A DNA stretch of 64,000 nucleotides from Escherichia phage P479: sequence record MW269952.1, one strand, 5' to 3'. Below, piece after piece: positions 1-7,812 of the stretch; position 1 is the stretch's first letter, and every line of letters starts with the position of its first letter. Position numbers and translations under genes: made by a program. Below the pieces are notes generated by a model that was not told where the DNA came from, did not search any database, and saw only the letters and a list, made by a program, of their open reading frames with translations.

Positions 1-118
1 CTTTTGTATCTGGTCCGCCTAAACATTGAGGAACAACATGGTGAGATTCTTTGTATCCAGTCAATTTTCTAGATTTGGCTCGGTTCATTAAATTCTCATA
101 TATTAAAGCATAATTCAT
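1..118 (-). CDS. HNH homing endonuclease, N-terminal part (gene continues beyond the left window edge)
   Basis: Manual translation of the - strand from ATG at 116-118: MNYALIYENLMNRAKSRKLTGYKESHHVVPQCLGGPDTK..., with the same ESHH-(V/I)-(V/I)-P-(K/Q)-C-(L/M)-GG motif as the HNH ORF at 59552-60226. Not in the ORF track because truncated. Confidence 0.5.
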   Translation of the reverse strand, partial: MNYALIYENLMNRAKSRKLTGYKESHHVVPQCLGGPDTK

Positions 119-121
119 TGT

Positions 122-376
122 ATGTCCTCTTTGGTGATATACTATATTTATACTCAAGTAGTGGAGATGTGGAACCCTATGAATAATATCGAAAAGATTT
201 TTCGTACAATCGAAGAAATTGAAAAACGTAAATGCTTTTTCTTCGGCGTATGGCCTTTAACCGATGGACGTATTGGCCTGGATGTAATGGACTATAAAGA
301 TGAAGACAAGGTCGATGGCGGTATCTTTAAATCCGCTCCAGAACTCTTGACCTTCTTGGAAGAACATTATGTATAA
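122..376 (+). CDS. hypothetical protein (true start possibly ATG at 167)
   Basis: ORF track, 84 aa; no recognisable motif. Confidence 0.35.
   Translation: MSSLVIYYIYTQVVEMWNPMNNIEKIFRTIEEIEKRKCFFFGVWPLTDGRIGLDVMDYKDEDKVDGGIFKSAPELLTFLEEHYV
145..152 (-). promoter_or_regulatory. T4-type late promoter (TATAAATA on - strand) upstream of the partial HNH gene
   Basis: + strand tatttata = TATAAATA on -, 27 nt upstream of the ATG at 118. Confidence 0.45.
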
Positions 377-584
377 CAAACACCATGAAGTTGAAGAAGA
401 AGCTTATAAAGAGCTTCAGAAACTGGTAGGGCAGAATATGTCTCCTGCTCTTATCAACAACCTGGCTGCACTGCGCAATGACCTCAATGAACGGTACAAG
501 GGCGAATATTATGTTGAATTCGTTCCGCTGACTGAAGTCATTGACCGATTTATCGTTAATGTCAAGGTGCATACCGTCCATTAA
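369..584 (+). CDS. hypothetical protein
   Basis: ORF track, 71 aa; overlaps the upstream stop in T4-like fashion. Confidence 0.35.
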   Translation: MYNKHHEVEEEAYKELQKLVGQNMSPALINNLAALRNDLNERYKGEYYVEFVPLTEVIDRFIVNVKVHTVH

Positions 585-622
585 CGCTTTAAAAATTTTA
601 TGTTATAATGGGGTCTAGGTCC
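585..622 (+). promoter_or_regulatory. middle-promoter-like element (variant MotA box cGCTTTA, 14 nt, TATAAT) with conserved downstream GGGGTCTAGGTCC
   Basis: Box at 585-591, TATAAT at 604-609, conserved core 610-622; member of the TATAATGG(T/G)TCTAG family seen at five sites in this window. Confidence 0.4.
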
Positions 623-656
623 TTTGGATAACCCCAATAACTAAGCGAGAAAAGAA

Positions 657-935
657 ATGTTTCCTACATATTCTGAAATTGTTAAAGTAGTTTTTAGTCA
701 GATTGTATCTGATTATCTATACGAAAGCGTCGACACGTCGACTGAACTAAAGGTGCATGGTCGTTTGTCTGCTATTCTGGAAATCATGTTCCCGGATGCA
801 GTTGATGCAATCACTGTTCAACTCACACCTGGTGCAGCATTTGCAATTGTTCCGTTTAAAATTGATAACCACATTTTGGCTATTTCATGCAAAATGGACT
901 TCCAGAAACAAACGGTAGTTGTCGAAGCAATTTAA
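657..935 (+). CDS. hypothetical protein
   Basis: ORF track, 92 aa; preceded by the promoter-like element at 585-622. Confidence 0.4.
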   Translation: MFPTYSEIVKVVFSQIVSDYLYESVDTSTELKVHGRLSAILEIMFPDAVDAITVQLTPGAAFAIVPFKIDNHILAISCKMDFQKQTVVVEAI

Positions 936-937
936 GT

Positions 938-966
938 GTTTACTTTCACCACGGATGGTGTATAAT
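938..966 (+). promoter_or_regulatory. T4-type early promoter (GTTTAC, 17 nt, TATAAT)
   Basis: gtttac 938-943, tataat 961-966; followed by the conserved leader cacatgaggaaaacaaaATG, which recurs at 11513-11536. Confidence 0.55.
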
Positions 967-995
967 GAATTTCATCAACACATGAGGAAAACAAA

Positions 996-1517
996 ATGAG
1001 TAATTTCTTTGAAGAAGGCAAGTTTTACAAGTTCGCATCTGAAAATGCCAAAAAACAGTTTATTGCCGGAGGCTGGGCAGCTAATTACCAAATTGCCAAA
1101 TACATCGGTATGACTCCGTTTGAAGTGAAAATTGTACCTGATACCGCGAGCGGTGGAAGAAAAGTTTGTGAGATACGTTTGATTGATGAAAATGATTTTG
1201 TGGATTTGGCAAAAATATCTGGTGCAGAAAACAGGCATCATGGAGCAATGTTTGTTTCTGCTGGTCCATTGTCTGATGAATTTGATTATTTCATCCGGGC
1301 AGAAGTTGGTGTTAAGCCAGAAGTTGAACCTGTGCCAGTGAAACTTGCATCAGTTTGGAAATTGCTTGTGGTTAAAAATGGCAAGATTGAGATTAACTCT
1401 CGTCATGTGTCAAAAGAGCGAGCGGAAGGCGAAGCAGAGCGTCTGTTAAACCGTGGTACTGCAGAAGATTGCTATATTATCAAAGGCGATATCACAAAAG
1501 CTTCTATCATTAAATAA
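996..1517 (+). CDS. hypothetical protein, 173 aa
   Basis: ORF track; strong RBS gaggaaaacaaaATG; no recognisable catalytic motif. Confidence 0.5.
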   Translation: MSNFFEEGKFYKFASENAKKQFIAGGWAANYQIAKYIGMTPFEVKIVPDTASGGRKVCEIRLIDENDFVDLAKISGAENRHHGAMFVSAGPLSDEFDYFIRAEVGVKPEVEPVPVKLASVWKLLVVKNGKIEINSRHVSKERAEGEAERLLNRGTAEDCYIIKGDITKASIIK

Positions 1518-1537
1518 GTAAAACAGGAGACAATCTG

Positions 1538-1783
1538 ATGCTTAGCGAAACCCCAATTACTGTTGAAGAGTTCCACGAAAAAGTGAAGGCATTTGCTCAA
1601 GCGATGATTAATCACGTATCAGAGCGATTCCCTGCTGCGACTTTGCAAGTTATTCAGGAATCTGCACGCAGTTTTATGATTGTCATTAATCCGAAAATTA
1701 CTCTAAAAGGTGGTGACCAGTTGACCCAACTGAAATTGGGTTCTGACGGTCTGGTTGAAGCGCAGCGAGTGTATATTCAATGA
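1538..1783 (+). CDS. hypothetical protein
   Basis: ORF track, 81 aa; RBS aggag upstream. Confidence 0.45.
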   Translation: MLSETPITVEEFHEKVKAFAQAMINHVSERFPAATLQVIQESARSFMIVINPKITLKGGDQLTQLKLGSDGLVEAQRVYIQ

Positions 1784-2115
1784 TGAATTTAATGGATATT
1801 TTTCAGGAAGCACTTAAAAATGATTTGGGTGACCATCGTAAGTTGGACCCGGAGACAGCTGCATTTATCAAAGTAACGCTTGCGAATGATGCTCTGTTTA
1901 AAAGTATTCACCCAAGTAATTATGATGCGGTTGTTATCACAGAAGCTCCTGTAGAAATTGGTGAGCGAATGTTTGGGGTGATTTTTGACGATAAGAAAAA
2001 ACGCTTCAGCGATGGTGATAGTATAATTACAACACATGTTAAGAGCATTACTAAATTGCGACATGAATTATATCGTGTTGAAACTATTAAAACCAATTAT
2101 CTCGTGGTGATGTAA
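1780..2115 (+). CDS. hypothetical protein
   Basis: ORF track, 111 aa; ATGA start/stop overlap with the upstream ORF. Confidence 0.45.
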   Translation: MMNLMDIFQEALKNDLGDHRKLDPETAAFIKVTLANDALFKSIHPSNYDAVVITEAPVEIGERMFGVIFDDKKKRFSDGDSIITTHVKSITKLRHELYRVETIKTNYLVVM

Positions 2116-2697
2116 ATGAAACCAACTACTGTTCTGCAAATCGCATACCTTGTATCTCAAGAATCCAAATGTTGCTCCTGGAAAGTGGGAGCTGTTATTG
2201 AAAAGAATGGTCGCATTATTTCTACAGGGTATAATGGTTCCCCTGCGGGTGGGGTTAACTGTTGCGAGCATGCGGAAGAGCAAGGTTGGTTACTGAATAA
2301 ACCTAAACCAGTTCTCATCCCTGGTCATAAGTCAGAATGCGTGAGATTCAGTCAGGTTGACCGTTTTGTATTGGCGAAAGCTCATCGCGAAGCTCATTCG
2401 GCCTGGTCAAAGAACAACGAAATTCATGCCGAGCTTAATGCGATTCTGTTCGCAGCCAGAATGGGTTCGTCAATTGAAGGCGCTACTATGTATGTGACGC
2501 TTTCTCCTTGCCCTGATTGTGCAAAGGCAATTTCTCAATCAGGAATCAAGAAATTGGTTTACTGTGAAACGTATGATAAGAATATTCCTGGTTGGGATGA
2601 TATCCTGAAGAACGCGGGAATTGAGGTGTTCAATGTGCCTAAGCGTAGTCTAGACAAATTGAACTGGGAAAACATTAACGAATTTTGTGGTGAATAA
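2116..2697 (+). CDS. cd: dCMP deaminase
   Basis: 193 aa; zinc-binding deaminase motifs CEHAE and PCPDC visible; recalled similarity to T4 Cd; synteny upstream of gene 31. Confidence 0.85.
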   Translation: MKPTTVLQIAYLVSQESKCCSWKVGAVIEKNGRIISTGYNGSPAGGVNCCEHAEEQGWLLNKPKPVLIPGHKSECVRFSQVDRFVLAKAHREAHSAWSKNNEIHAELNAILFAARMGSSIEGATMYVTLSPCPDCAKAISQSGIKKLVYCETYDKNIPGWDDILKNAGIEVFNVPKRSLDKLNWENINEFCGE

Positions 2698-2930
2698 TGA
2701 AATTTCGTCTAGTTAAGTTTTCAGGTCTGAACTCAAAAGGTGAAAACCTGGTAGCCTATTCAGTAGAATATAAAAAGTACTTTTTCTCTCGTTGGAAATC
2801 GTACTATAAATCCGAGTGGGTTCGCCCCGAAATGAACTATAAAACGGTGCCTATTCTTGAAAATTGCCATAGCCTATTAAGAGCTCTAAAAGAGCGTAAT
2901 GCAACAACCATTAAAACTGTTTTGGAATAA
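2697..2930 (+). CDS. hypothetical protein (positional equivalent of T4 31.2)
   Basis: ORF track, 77 aa; synteny between cd and 31. Confidence 0.4.
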   Translation: MKFRLVKFSGLNSKGENLVAYSVEYKKYFFSRWKSYYKSEWVRPEMNYKTVPILENCHSLLRALKERNATTIKTVLE

Positions 2931-2932
2931 TT

Positions 2933-3232
2933 ATGATTTTAACTGAACAAGAAACAATTCGTCTCCGTGAAAAAGTCAAGACTATTTTGTCTGTTGGTTT
3001 TCACGAAGTTCTGTTTGAAAAAGCAGATGGTAGCATCCGCCGTATGACTTGTACTCGTGACCTGGACCTGCTGCCGCATAAAGAAATCCAGACCCCTGGA
3101 CCAGAAGCCAATAAAGAACCAGTTAGCTATATCCGGGTATTTGATACCAAGCTTAATGAATGGCGTTCATTCTGTTTCAATAAATTGATTTCCGTGAATG
3201 GTCTGCAGACCGAGACTCTGCTTGTCCTTTAA
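2933..3232 (+). CDS. hypothetical protein (positional equivalent of T4 31.1)
   Basis: ORF track, 99 aa; synteny. Confidence 0.4.
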   Translation: MILTEQETIRLREKVKTILSVGFHEVLFEKADGSIRRMTCTRDLDLLPHKEIQTPGPEANKEPVSYIRVFDTKLNEWRSFCFNKLISVNGLQTETLLVL

Positions 3233-3287
3233 TGCTTCAAACGGTGCGTGTTATTATTAATACATGACCAAACAACATGGATTAAAT

Positions 3288-3611
3288 ATGGAATTACCAA
3301 TTAAAGCAGTAGGTGAATATATTATTTTGGTTTCTGAGCCAAAGCAAGCTGGTGATGAAGAAACTACGGCATCAGGTATCGTTATCGGAAAACTCCATCA
3401 GGGTGAAATCCCAGAGATGTGCGAAGTATTTTCGGTTGGTCCGGATGTTCCCGAAGGTTTCTGTGAAGTGGGTGATTTGACTCCTCTTCCGGTTGGCAAG
3501 ATTGCAAACGTTCCACATCCTCTGGTTGCTCTGGGACTTAAGCAGGCTAAAGAAGTTAAGCAGAAATTTGTGACCTGTCATTATAAAGCTGTTCCTTGTC
3601 TTTATAAGTAA
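3288..3611 (+). CDS. 31: co-chaperonin for GroEL (GroES analogue) gp31
   Basis: Translation ...[33 protein letters not shown]...[14 protein letters not shown] matches recalled T4 gp31. Start chosen at the internal ATG (MELPIK); the ORF-track start 3264 is the alternative. Confidence 0.8.
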   Translation: MELPIKAVGEYIILVSEPKQAGDEETTASGIVIGKLHQGEIPEMCEVFSVGPDVPEGFCEVGDLTPLPVGKIANVPHPLVALGLKQAKEVKQKFVTCHYKAVPCLYK

Positions 3612-3768
3612 AATTAGCGTTATAAATAATAATATGGATTGGCTGCCGGACCAGTTAGTTAACCGGAGAATCCTAAACGGTGGACTACAACTGAGAGACT
3701 TGCCGAAAGGAAGTGAAATTCAGAAGAACGTGTCCACCAAATATTCACCTCATATTGAGGCTTCTAAA

Positions 3769-4023
3769 ATGTCTTTAAACAAACAATTACAACACGCTCT
3801 TGAACTGCAACGCACTGCATGGAATAACGGTCACGAAAACTACGGCGCATCTATTGATGTTGAAGCCGAAGCACTGGAAATTCTGCAGTATTTCAAACAT
3901 CTTAACCCGATTCAAACCGACCTTCGTGCAGTGCTCGAAGCAAAAGATGAACTGAAATTTGCTAAGCCACTGGCATCTGCTGCCCGTAAAGCTGTTCGCC
4001 ATTTTGTCGTAACTCTGAAGTAA
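3769..4023 (+). CDS. rIII: rIII lysis-inhibition accessory protein
   Basis: About 84 aa from the internal ATG; position immediately downstream of gene 31 as in T4. Assignment by synteny and size. Confidence 0.5.
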   Translation: MSLNKQLQHALELQRTAWNNGHENYGASIDVEAEALEILQYFKHLNPIQTDLRAVLEAKDELKFAKPLASAARKAVRHFVVTLK

Positions 4024-4422
4024 TTTATTGGAGATTCACTGCCTTAGTGTGAGCTAAAATCGAGGAGCCGTCGAATTGTCTGATTAATGATTTGCGAATC
4101 ATTATAGTTTTAAGACCTCGGCAATTTTATGGTGTACCTCTTGAATGTTATTCTTATAGCGGCAAGTGCATGCTACCCCGAGGTGATGGCCAATCGGGAG
4201 TACGCCTCAAGGCCTATATATCCATCAGTATATATCTTATCCTCGAGAAATCGAACCCGGAACCTTTAAGCTAACGGTGTGCAACAGATAAGAGCTATAA
4301 GGTATGATGACGAGGTTTATGGTTATCCTGTCGTAAAATATCCGAAACCTAATGTTCCCTTCGAGGGCTTGCGCAGGCAATGTCAATAAGTCCTGCATTC
4401 TATTTTAAAGAGAATTTAATAT

Positions 4423-4581
4423 GGCTAAGAAAGAAGTTAAAGTTGTTGATGGCTCCTCCAAACGCGCTGGTTACAAGCGTGCGTCCAACAAGCGAATCAA
4501 TCAGGTGACTGATAAACTTCAGGCTCGTGCTCGTGCGGTATTGCGTGCCGATGCAGCTTGCTTTGGTAAGCCGAAAGCATA
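4423..4581 (+). CDS. small basic protein, 52 aa
   Basis: ATG at 4423 with upstream agag; MAKKEVKVVDGSSKRAGYKRASNKRINQVTDKLQARARAVLRADAACFGKPKA; followed directly by a terminator. Below the ORF-track size cutoff. Confidence 0.4.
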
Positions 4582-4587
4582 AGTTCA

Positions 4588-4615
4588 GGGACTCTTCGGA
4601 GTCCCTTTTTTATTT
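4588..4615 (+). terminator. rho-independent terminator
   Basis: ggactc-ttcg-gagtcc hairpin followed by a T-run (ttttttatttt). Confidence 0.7.
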
Positions 4616-4626
4616 TCCATAAAGGG

Positions 4627-4656
4627 GTTTACAACAGGGTTTGACCAGTACATAAT
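4627..4656 (+). promoter_or_regulatory. T4-type early promoter (GTTTAC, 18 nt, CATAAT) with conserved leader gattccatactgagtta
   Basis: gtttac 4627-4632, cataat 4651-4656; a near-identical cassette lies at 27629-27699. Confidence 0.55.
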
Positions 4657-4697
4657 GATTCCATACTGAGTTACCAAATAAAACACTGGAGAATAAA

Positions 4698-5066
4698 ATG
4701 AAAATCAATCTTAACTCATACATCAAAGGTAAAGACCACGACGGGTACAAAGCCATTGAAACTAAAGAAATGCAATGGCACTTGTATAAAGAACAATTTG
4801 AATTTGTTGGTTGCATGACTCCAGAAGGTCCTTCTGATGACTTCTCTTGGAAAATTATGGTAACAAACTTTTTTACTGGTGATACCTACGAACTGAAAAC
4901 TATCGTAACTGGTAAGATTCGTTGTAAGACCTATGAAGATGAAGAAACTGGTTATTCTGAAGATGTTACATGGTATCAAAATGGTCGCACCACTGCAGAC
5001 CTTCTGATTGAAAAAATGAAAGCTAAGGGTGAATTAAATTTAGATAATTGGATTAAAGTCGCATAA
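4698..5066 (+). CDS. hypothetical protein, 122 aa
   Basis: ORF track; RBS ggag upstream. Confidence 0.5.
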   Translation: MKINLNSYIKGKDHDGYKAIETKEMQWHLYKEQFEFVGCMTPEGPSDDFSWKIMVTNFFTGDTYELKTIVTGKIRCKTYEDEETGYSEDVTWYQNGRTTADLLIEKMKAKGELNLDNWIKVA

Positions 5067-5137
5067 AACAGTTTACTTTGGTACAGGTTATGATATTATA
5101 GACCTGTACCAACAAATGAAAACAACTGGAGAATAAA

Positions 5138-5503
5138 ATGAACTACATCAACTTTGAACGCAAATATGTTTCTAACTGCATCCCAGGTTCTTCTGAAGTT
5201 ATTTGCTTGTGGAAACATAAAAATGGTTCAGTGTGCGAAATTGAACAGTATATGACTCCTAACTACGTTTATATGCGATTTGAAAATGGTATCACCCTTT
5301 CAATCACTATGACTGGTTCAACCTTTAAAATTGCTTTAGATGATGATTTCCGTGAACGTGATTTAGGGACTCATCCTTGCTGGAATGGTGTTAATCGCAA
5401 GCTGTTGGTTAAAACTTGGATTCGTCACATCCTGAGCAACAAAGCAAAACCTGAACACCTGGAAGCAATCTTTGATGTAGTTCTTAATGAATTTGATATC
5501 TAA
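5138..5503 (+). CDS. hypothetical protein, 121 aa
   Basis: ORF track; RBS actggagaataaaATG is shared with the 4698 ORF. Confidence 0.5.
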   Translation: MNYINFERKYVSNCIPGSSEVICLWKHKNGSVCEIEQYMTPNYVYMRFENGITLSITMTGSTFKIALDDDFRERDLGTHPCWNGVNRKLLVKTWIRHILSNKAKPEHLEAIFDVVLNEFDI

Positions 5504-5539
5504 TCTTAAATGGGGCGAAAGCCCCTTGAGGAAAATACT

Positions 5540-5827
5540 ATGTTTATGACTACCTACTTTGATACACGCAAAAATTTCTGTGAAGTTGTTTTCTCTAAAA
5601 AAGGCCCTAATGTTCCTGCTGGGCGTGAACCAACTAAAGAATCCATTAAAAACTATGTGGATATAGTTTGCCCAGTTGAATTCAGGACTGTTAATGGATG
5701 TGATACCCTGGCAATCACCAAGCTTAGACGCGACATTGATATTGAACCAATTGCAGCACGTGAAATTAATTCGTCTGATATTAATGGCGGTAATGTTAAA
5801 TCACACGGTTTTCAGATGAGGTTCTAA
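5540..5827 (+). CDS. hypothetical protein
   Basis: ORF 5510-5827; internal ATG at 5540 has a better RBS (gagga). Confidence 0.4.
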   Translation: MFMTTYFDTRKNFCEVVFSKKGPNVPAGREPTKESIKNYVDIVCPVEFRTVNGCDTLAITKLRRDIDIEPIAAREINSSDINGGNVKSHGFQMRF

Positions 5828-6021
5828 TGCAACTATTCTTATCGCAAACTGTTCAGTTAAAAGGTGTGGGTATTCCTGGAATGATTTCTAAGGTTTTGCC
5901 TGCTTTTAAATTCGGTGGTATTGTAATTAAAGAAGCGTATCTAGTCTTGTGGGTTGATGGAACAGAAGACGTTCGCATGAGCGGTGAACTGTCTGTAATC
6001 AAATGTTTAAGGCGAGGATAA
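5827..6021 (+). CDS. hypothetical protein
   Basis: ORF track, 64 aa; coupled to the upstream stop. Confidence 0.35.
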   Translation: MQLFLSQTVQLKGVGIPGMISKVLPAFKFGGIVIKEAYLVLWVDGTEDVRMSGELSVIKCLRRG

Positions 6022-6022
6022 T

Positions 6023-6235
6023 ATGTTTAAGAAACTGATTCAGAAAATTTTGGGAACAGAAATGGTTGAAGTTACTTATTCAGTTATTGACCATAGTCCT
6101 TATCTTCAAGATAACAAAGAAAAAGTTATTAAAAAGATTATCCTTAAAAAGCATAACAGCTTATCTATTGAAGACCGTCTACCTGGTTATGGTCATTGGG
6201 CTGATGTAGATATTATCAGTGTCAAAGATGTCTGA
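6023..6235 (+). CDS. hypothetical protein
   Basis: ORF track, 70 aa. Confidence 0.4.
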   Translation: MFKKLIQKILGTEMVEVTYSVIDHSPYLQDNKEKVIKKIILKKHNSLSIEDRLPGYGHWADVDIISVKDV

Positions 6236-6686
6236 GTTAGAAATCAGAAGCAATTTCCCATGGCCGTCATGTGCATTAAGTAACTTTGCTAAATGGCCTT
6301 TTGTTATGGATGGCATCCAGTTTGGAGGTCTTGAAGGCTTCCTCCAAGGGTGCAAGGTGAGAAATAATGAACAACAAAAACGTATATTTGGGATGTCCGG
6401 ATTGGCCGCCCAGCAAAGTGGAAGAGCTTATGCAAGAGCTGCGGACCGTGGGACGCTTTTCTGGCGTGGAATTCCCTTTTCAAGATACTCTACAGCATGG
6501 AAAGAGTTGTATACAAATGCATATTTTGAAGCAGCGCTCCAAAACAAAGGATTCCGCGACGCATTACAAGCCACAAAGGGCAAAGTTTTAAAGCATTCGA
6601 TGGCGAGCCACCTTACTGTTCATGATACAATATTGACTGAACAAGAATTTATTGACATACTTAACCAATTGAGAGATGCATTATGA
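6228..6686 (+). CDS. NADAR-family (YbiA-like, DUF1768-type) protein; positional equivalent of T4 30.3
   Basis: Motif LSNFAKWPFVMDGIQFGGLEGFLQGCK matches the SNFA-WP...DG...E...K pattern of E. coli YbiA/NADAR as recalled; synteny in the 30.x cluster. Confidence 0.55.
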   Translation: MSELEIRSNFPWPSCALSNFAKWPFVMDGIQFGGLEGFLQGCKVRNNEQQKRIFGMSGLAAQQSGRAYARAADRGTLFWRGIPFSRYSTAWKELYTNAYFEAALQNKGFRDALQATKGKVLKHSMASHLTVHDTILTEQEFIDILNQLRDAL

Positions 6687-7531
6687 AACCCGTTATTTTA
6701 ACCGATATTGATGGCGTATGTTTGTCATGGCAGTCTGGCTTGCCTTATTTCGCTCAAAAATATAATTTACCCCTGGAACATATCCTTAAGATGATTCAGG
6801 ATGAAAAATTTGTGACCCCTGGTAAACTGTTCAATTGTGATGAAGAGTTAGGAGCGCAGTTAATTGAAAAATATAACTGTTCAGATTTTATTCGCTATTT
6901 GTCTCCTTACACAGATGCGTTAAGGGTTATTAATAACCTCAAAGAGCAATATGATTTTGTGGCTGTTACAGCCCTGGGTGATTCTATTGATGCTCGCCTG
7001 AATCGTCAATTCAACCTGAATGCTTTGTTCCCTGGGGCGTTTAAAGAAGTGATGATGTGTGGTCATACAGCCTCTAAAGAAGAGTTATTCCAGAAAGCGA
7101 AGACCAAATATAATGTCGTTTGTTATATTGATGACCTTGCACACCATTGCGACCATGCGAGTGAAATCCTTGAAGTCCCGGTTTATTGGATGGCTCGTGG
7201 TGAACGTGATGCTATTCCTAAAACAGCTTCCAAAGTTTTTAATTGGGACGATGTTGCTGGACAGCTTAAACTGAAACACAAAGATGAACCGGTCAAGCCA
7301 GAATACACCCCTGATGAACTCCGTAAACTGGACGAGCTGTTTCGTGAAACTCGCCGTCTTCAGCAGCAAATGCAGCAAGGCTGGCAGCCAGGTCAACCAT
7401 GGACTCCTGGATATAATCCAGCGTATCCATATCAATATAATCCAGCGTACCCATATCAATATGGTCCACGCGTAGGTACTGGCATTGAATATTGGTACAA
7501 TCAACCGACCGGTGGCCAAGGGGGTAATTGA
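6683..7531 (+). CDS. HAD-superfamily-like hydrolase with Q/P/Y-rich low-complexity C-terminal tail (positional equivalent of T4 30.2)
   Basis: N-terminal ILTDIDGV resembles the HAD phosphatase motif I (DxDG); C-terminus ...QQQMQQGWQPGQPWTPGYNPAYPYQYNPAYPYQYGPRVG... is encoded by a tandem 24-bp repeat. Confidence 0.5.
   Translation: MKPVILTDIDGVCLSWQSGLPYFAQKYNLPLEHILKMIQDEKFVTPGKLFNCDEELGAQLIEKYNCSDFIRYLSPYTDALRVINNLKEQYDFVAVTALGDSIDARLNRQFNLNALFPGAFKEVMMCGHTASKEELFQKAKTKYNVVCYIDDLAHHCDHASEILEVPVYWMARGERDAIPKTASKVFNWDDVAGQLKLKHKDEPVKPEYTPDELRKLDELFRETRRLQQQMQQGWQPGQPWTPGYNPAYPYQYNPAYPYQYGPRVGTGIEYWYNQPTGGQGGN
7414..7461 (+). repeat. tandem 24-bp direct repeat x2 (one mismatch) inside the 6683-7531 CDS
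   Basis: taatccagcgtatccatatcaata / taatccagcgtacccatatcaata; encodes the duplicated NPAYPYQY. Confidence 0.85.
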
Positions 7532-7809
7532 TGTTTGTCGTTCATACTATTTCAGACCATGGTCCAGTCACCACGATGGATTACGGTCATGTTAACCAGT
7601 TTATTCGTCATGTGAATCATAATTACTCGTTTGATATTAATCCGGCCAAGGATAACCCCATCTGGCGGGAATGTGTTGAACAAGGATTTATCTATGTTCA
7701 CTTCATGACTAAAATGAAACCAGATGGGGCGACTAAATTTGTGTTCACTTATCATAAGCGGTTGGATTTGCTTTTGGAAGATGTGGCATATAATAGAGCC
7801 AACGACTAA
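7528..7809 (+). CDS. hypothetical protein (positional equivalent of T4 30.1)
   Basis: ORF track, 93 aa; ATGA overlap with the upstream gene. Confidence 0.45.
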   Translation: MMFVVHTISDHGPVTTMDYGHVNQFIRHVNHNYSFDINPAKDNPIWRECVEQGFIYVHFMTKMKPDGATKFVFTYHKRLDLLLEDVAYNRAND

Positions 7810-7812
7810 GAG

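Noticed and set aside
4240-4262. tcgaaccc / ggttccgggttcgatt (reverse complement) resembling a tRNA T-arm
   Set aside because: I could not build a T-stem, acceptor stem or the rest of a cloverleaf around it by eye; no tRNA is claimed.
4092-4274. 60-aa ORF from the six-frame track
   Set aside because: No ribosome-binding site, atypical amino-acid composition, and it lies inside an otherwise non-coding structured region; treated as spurious.
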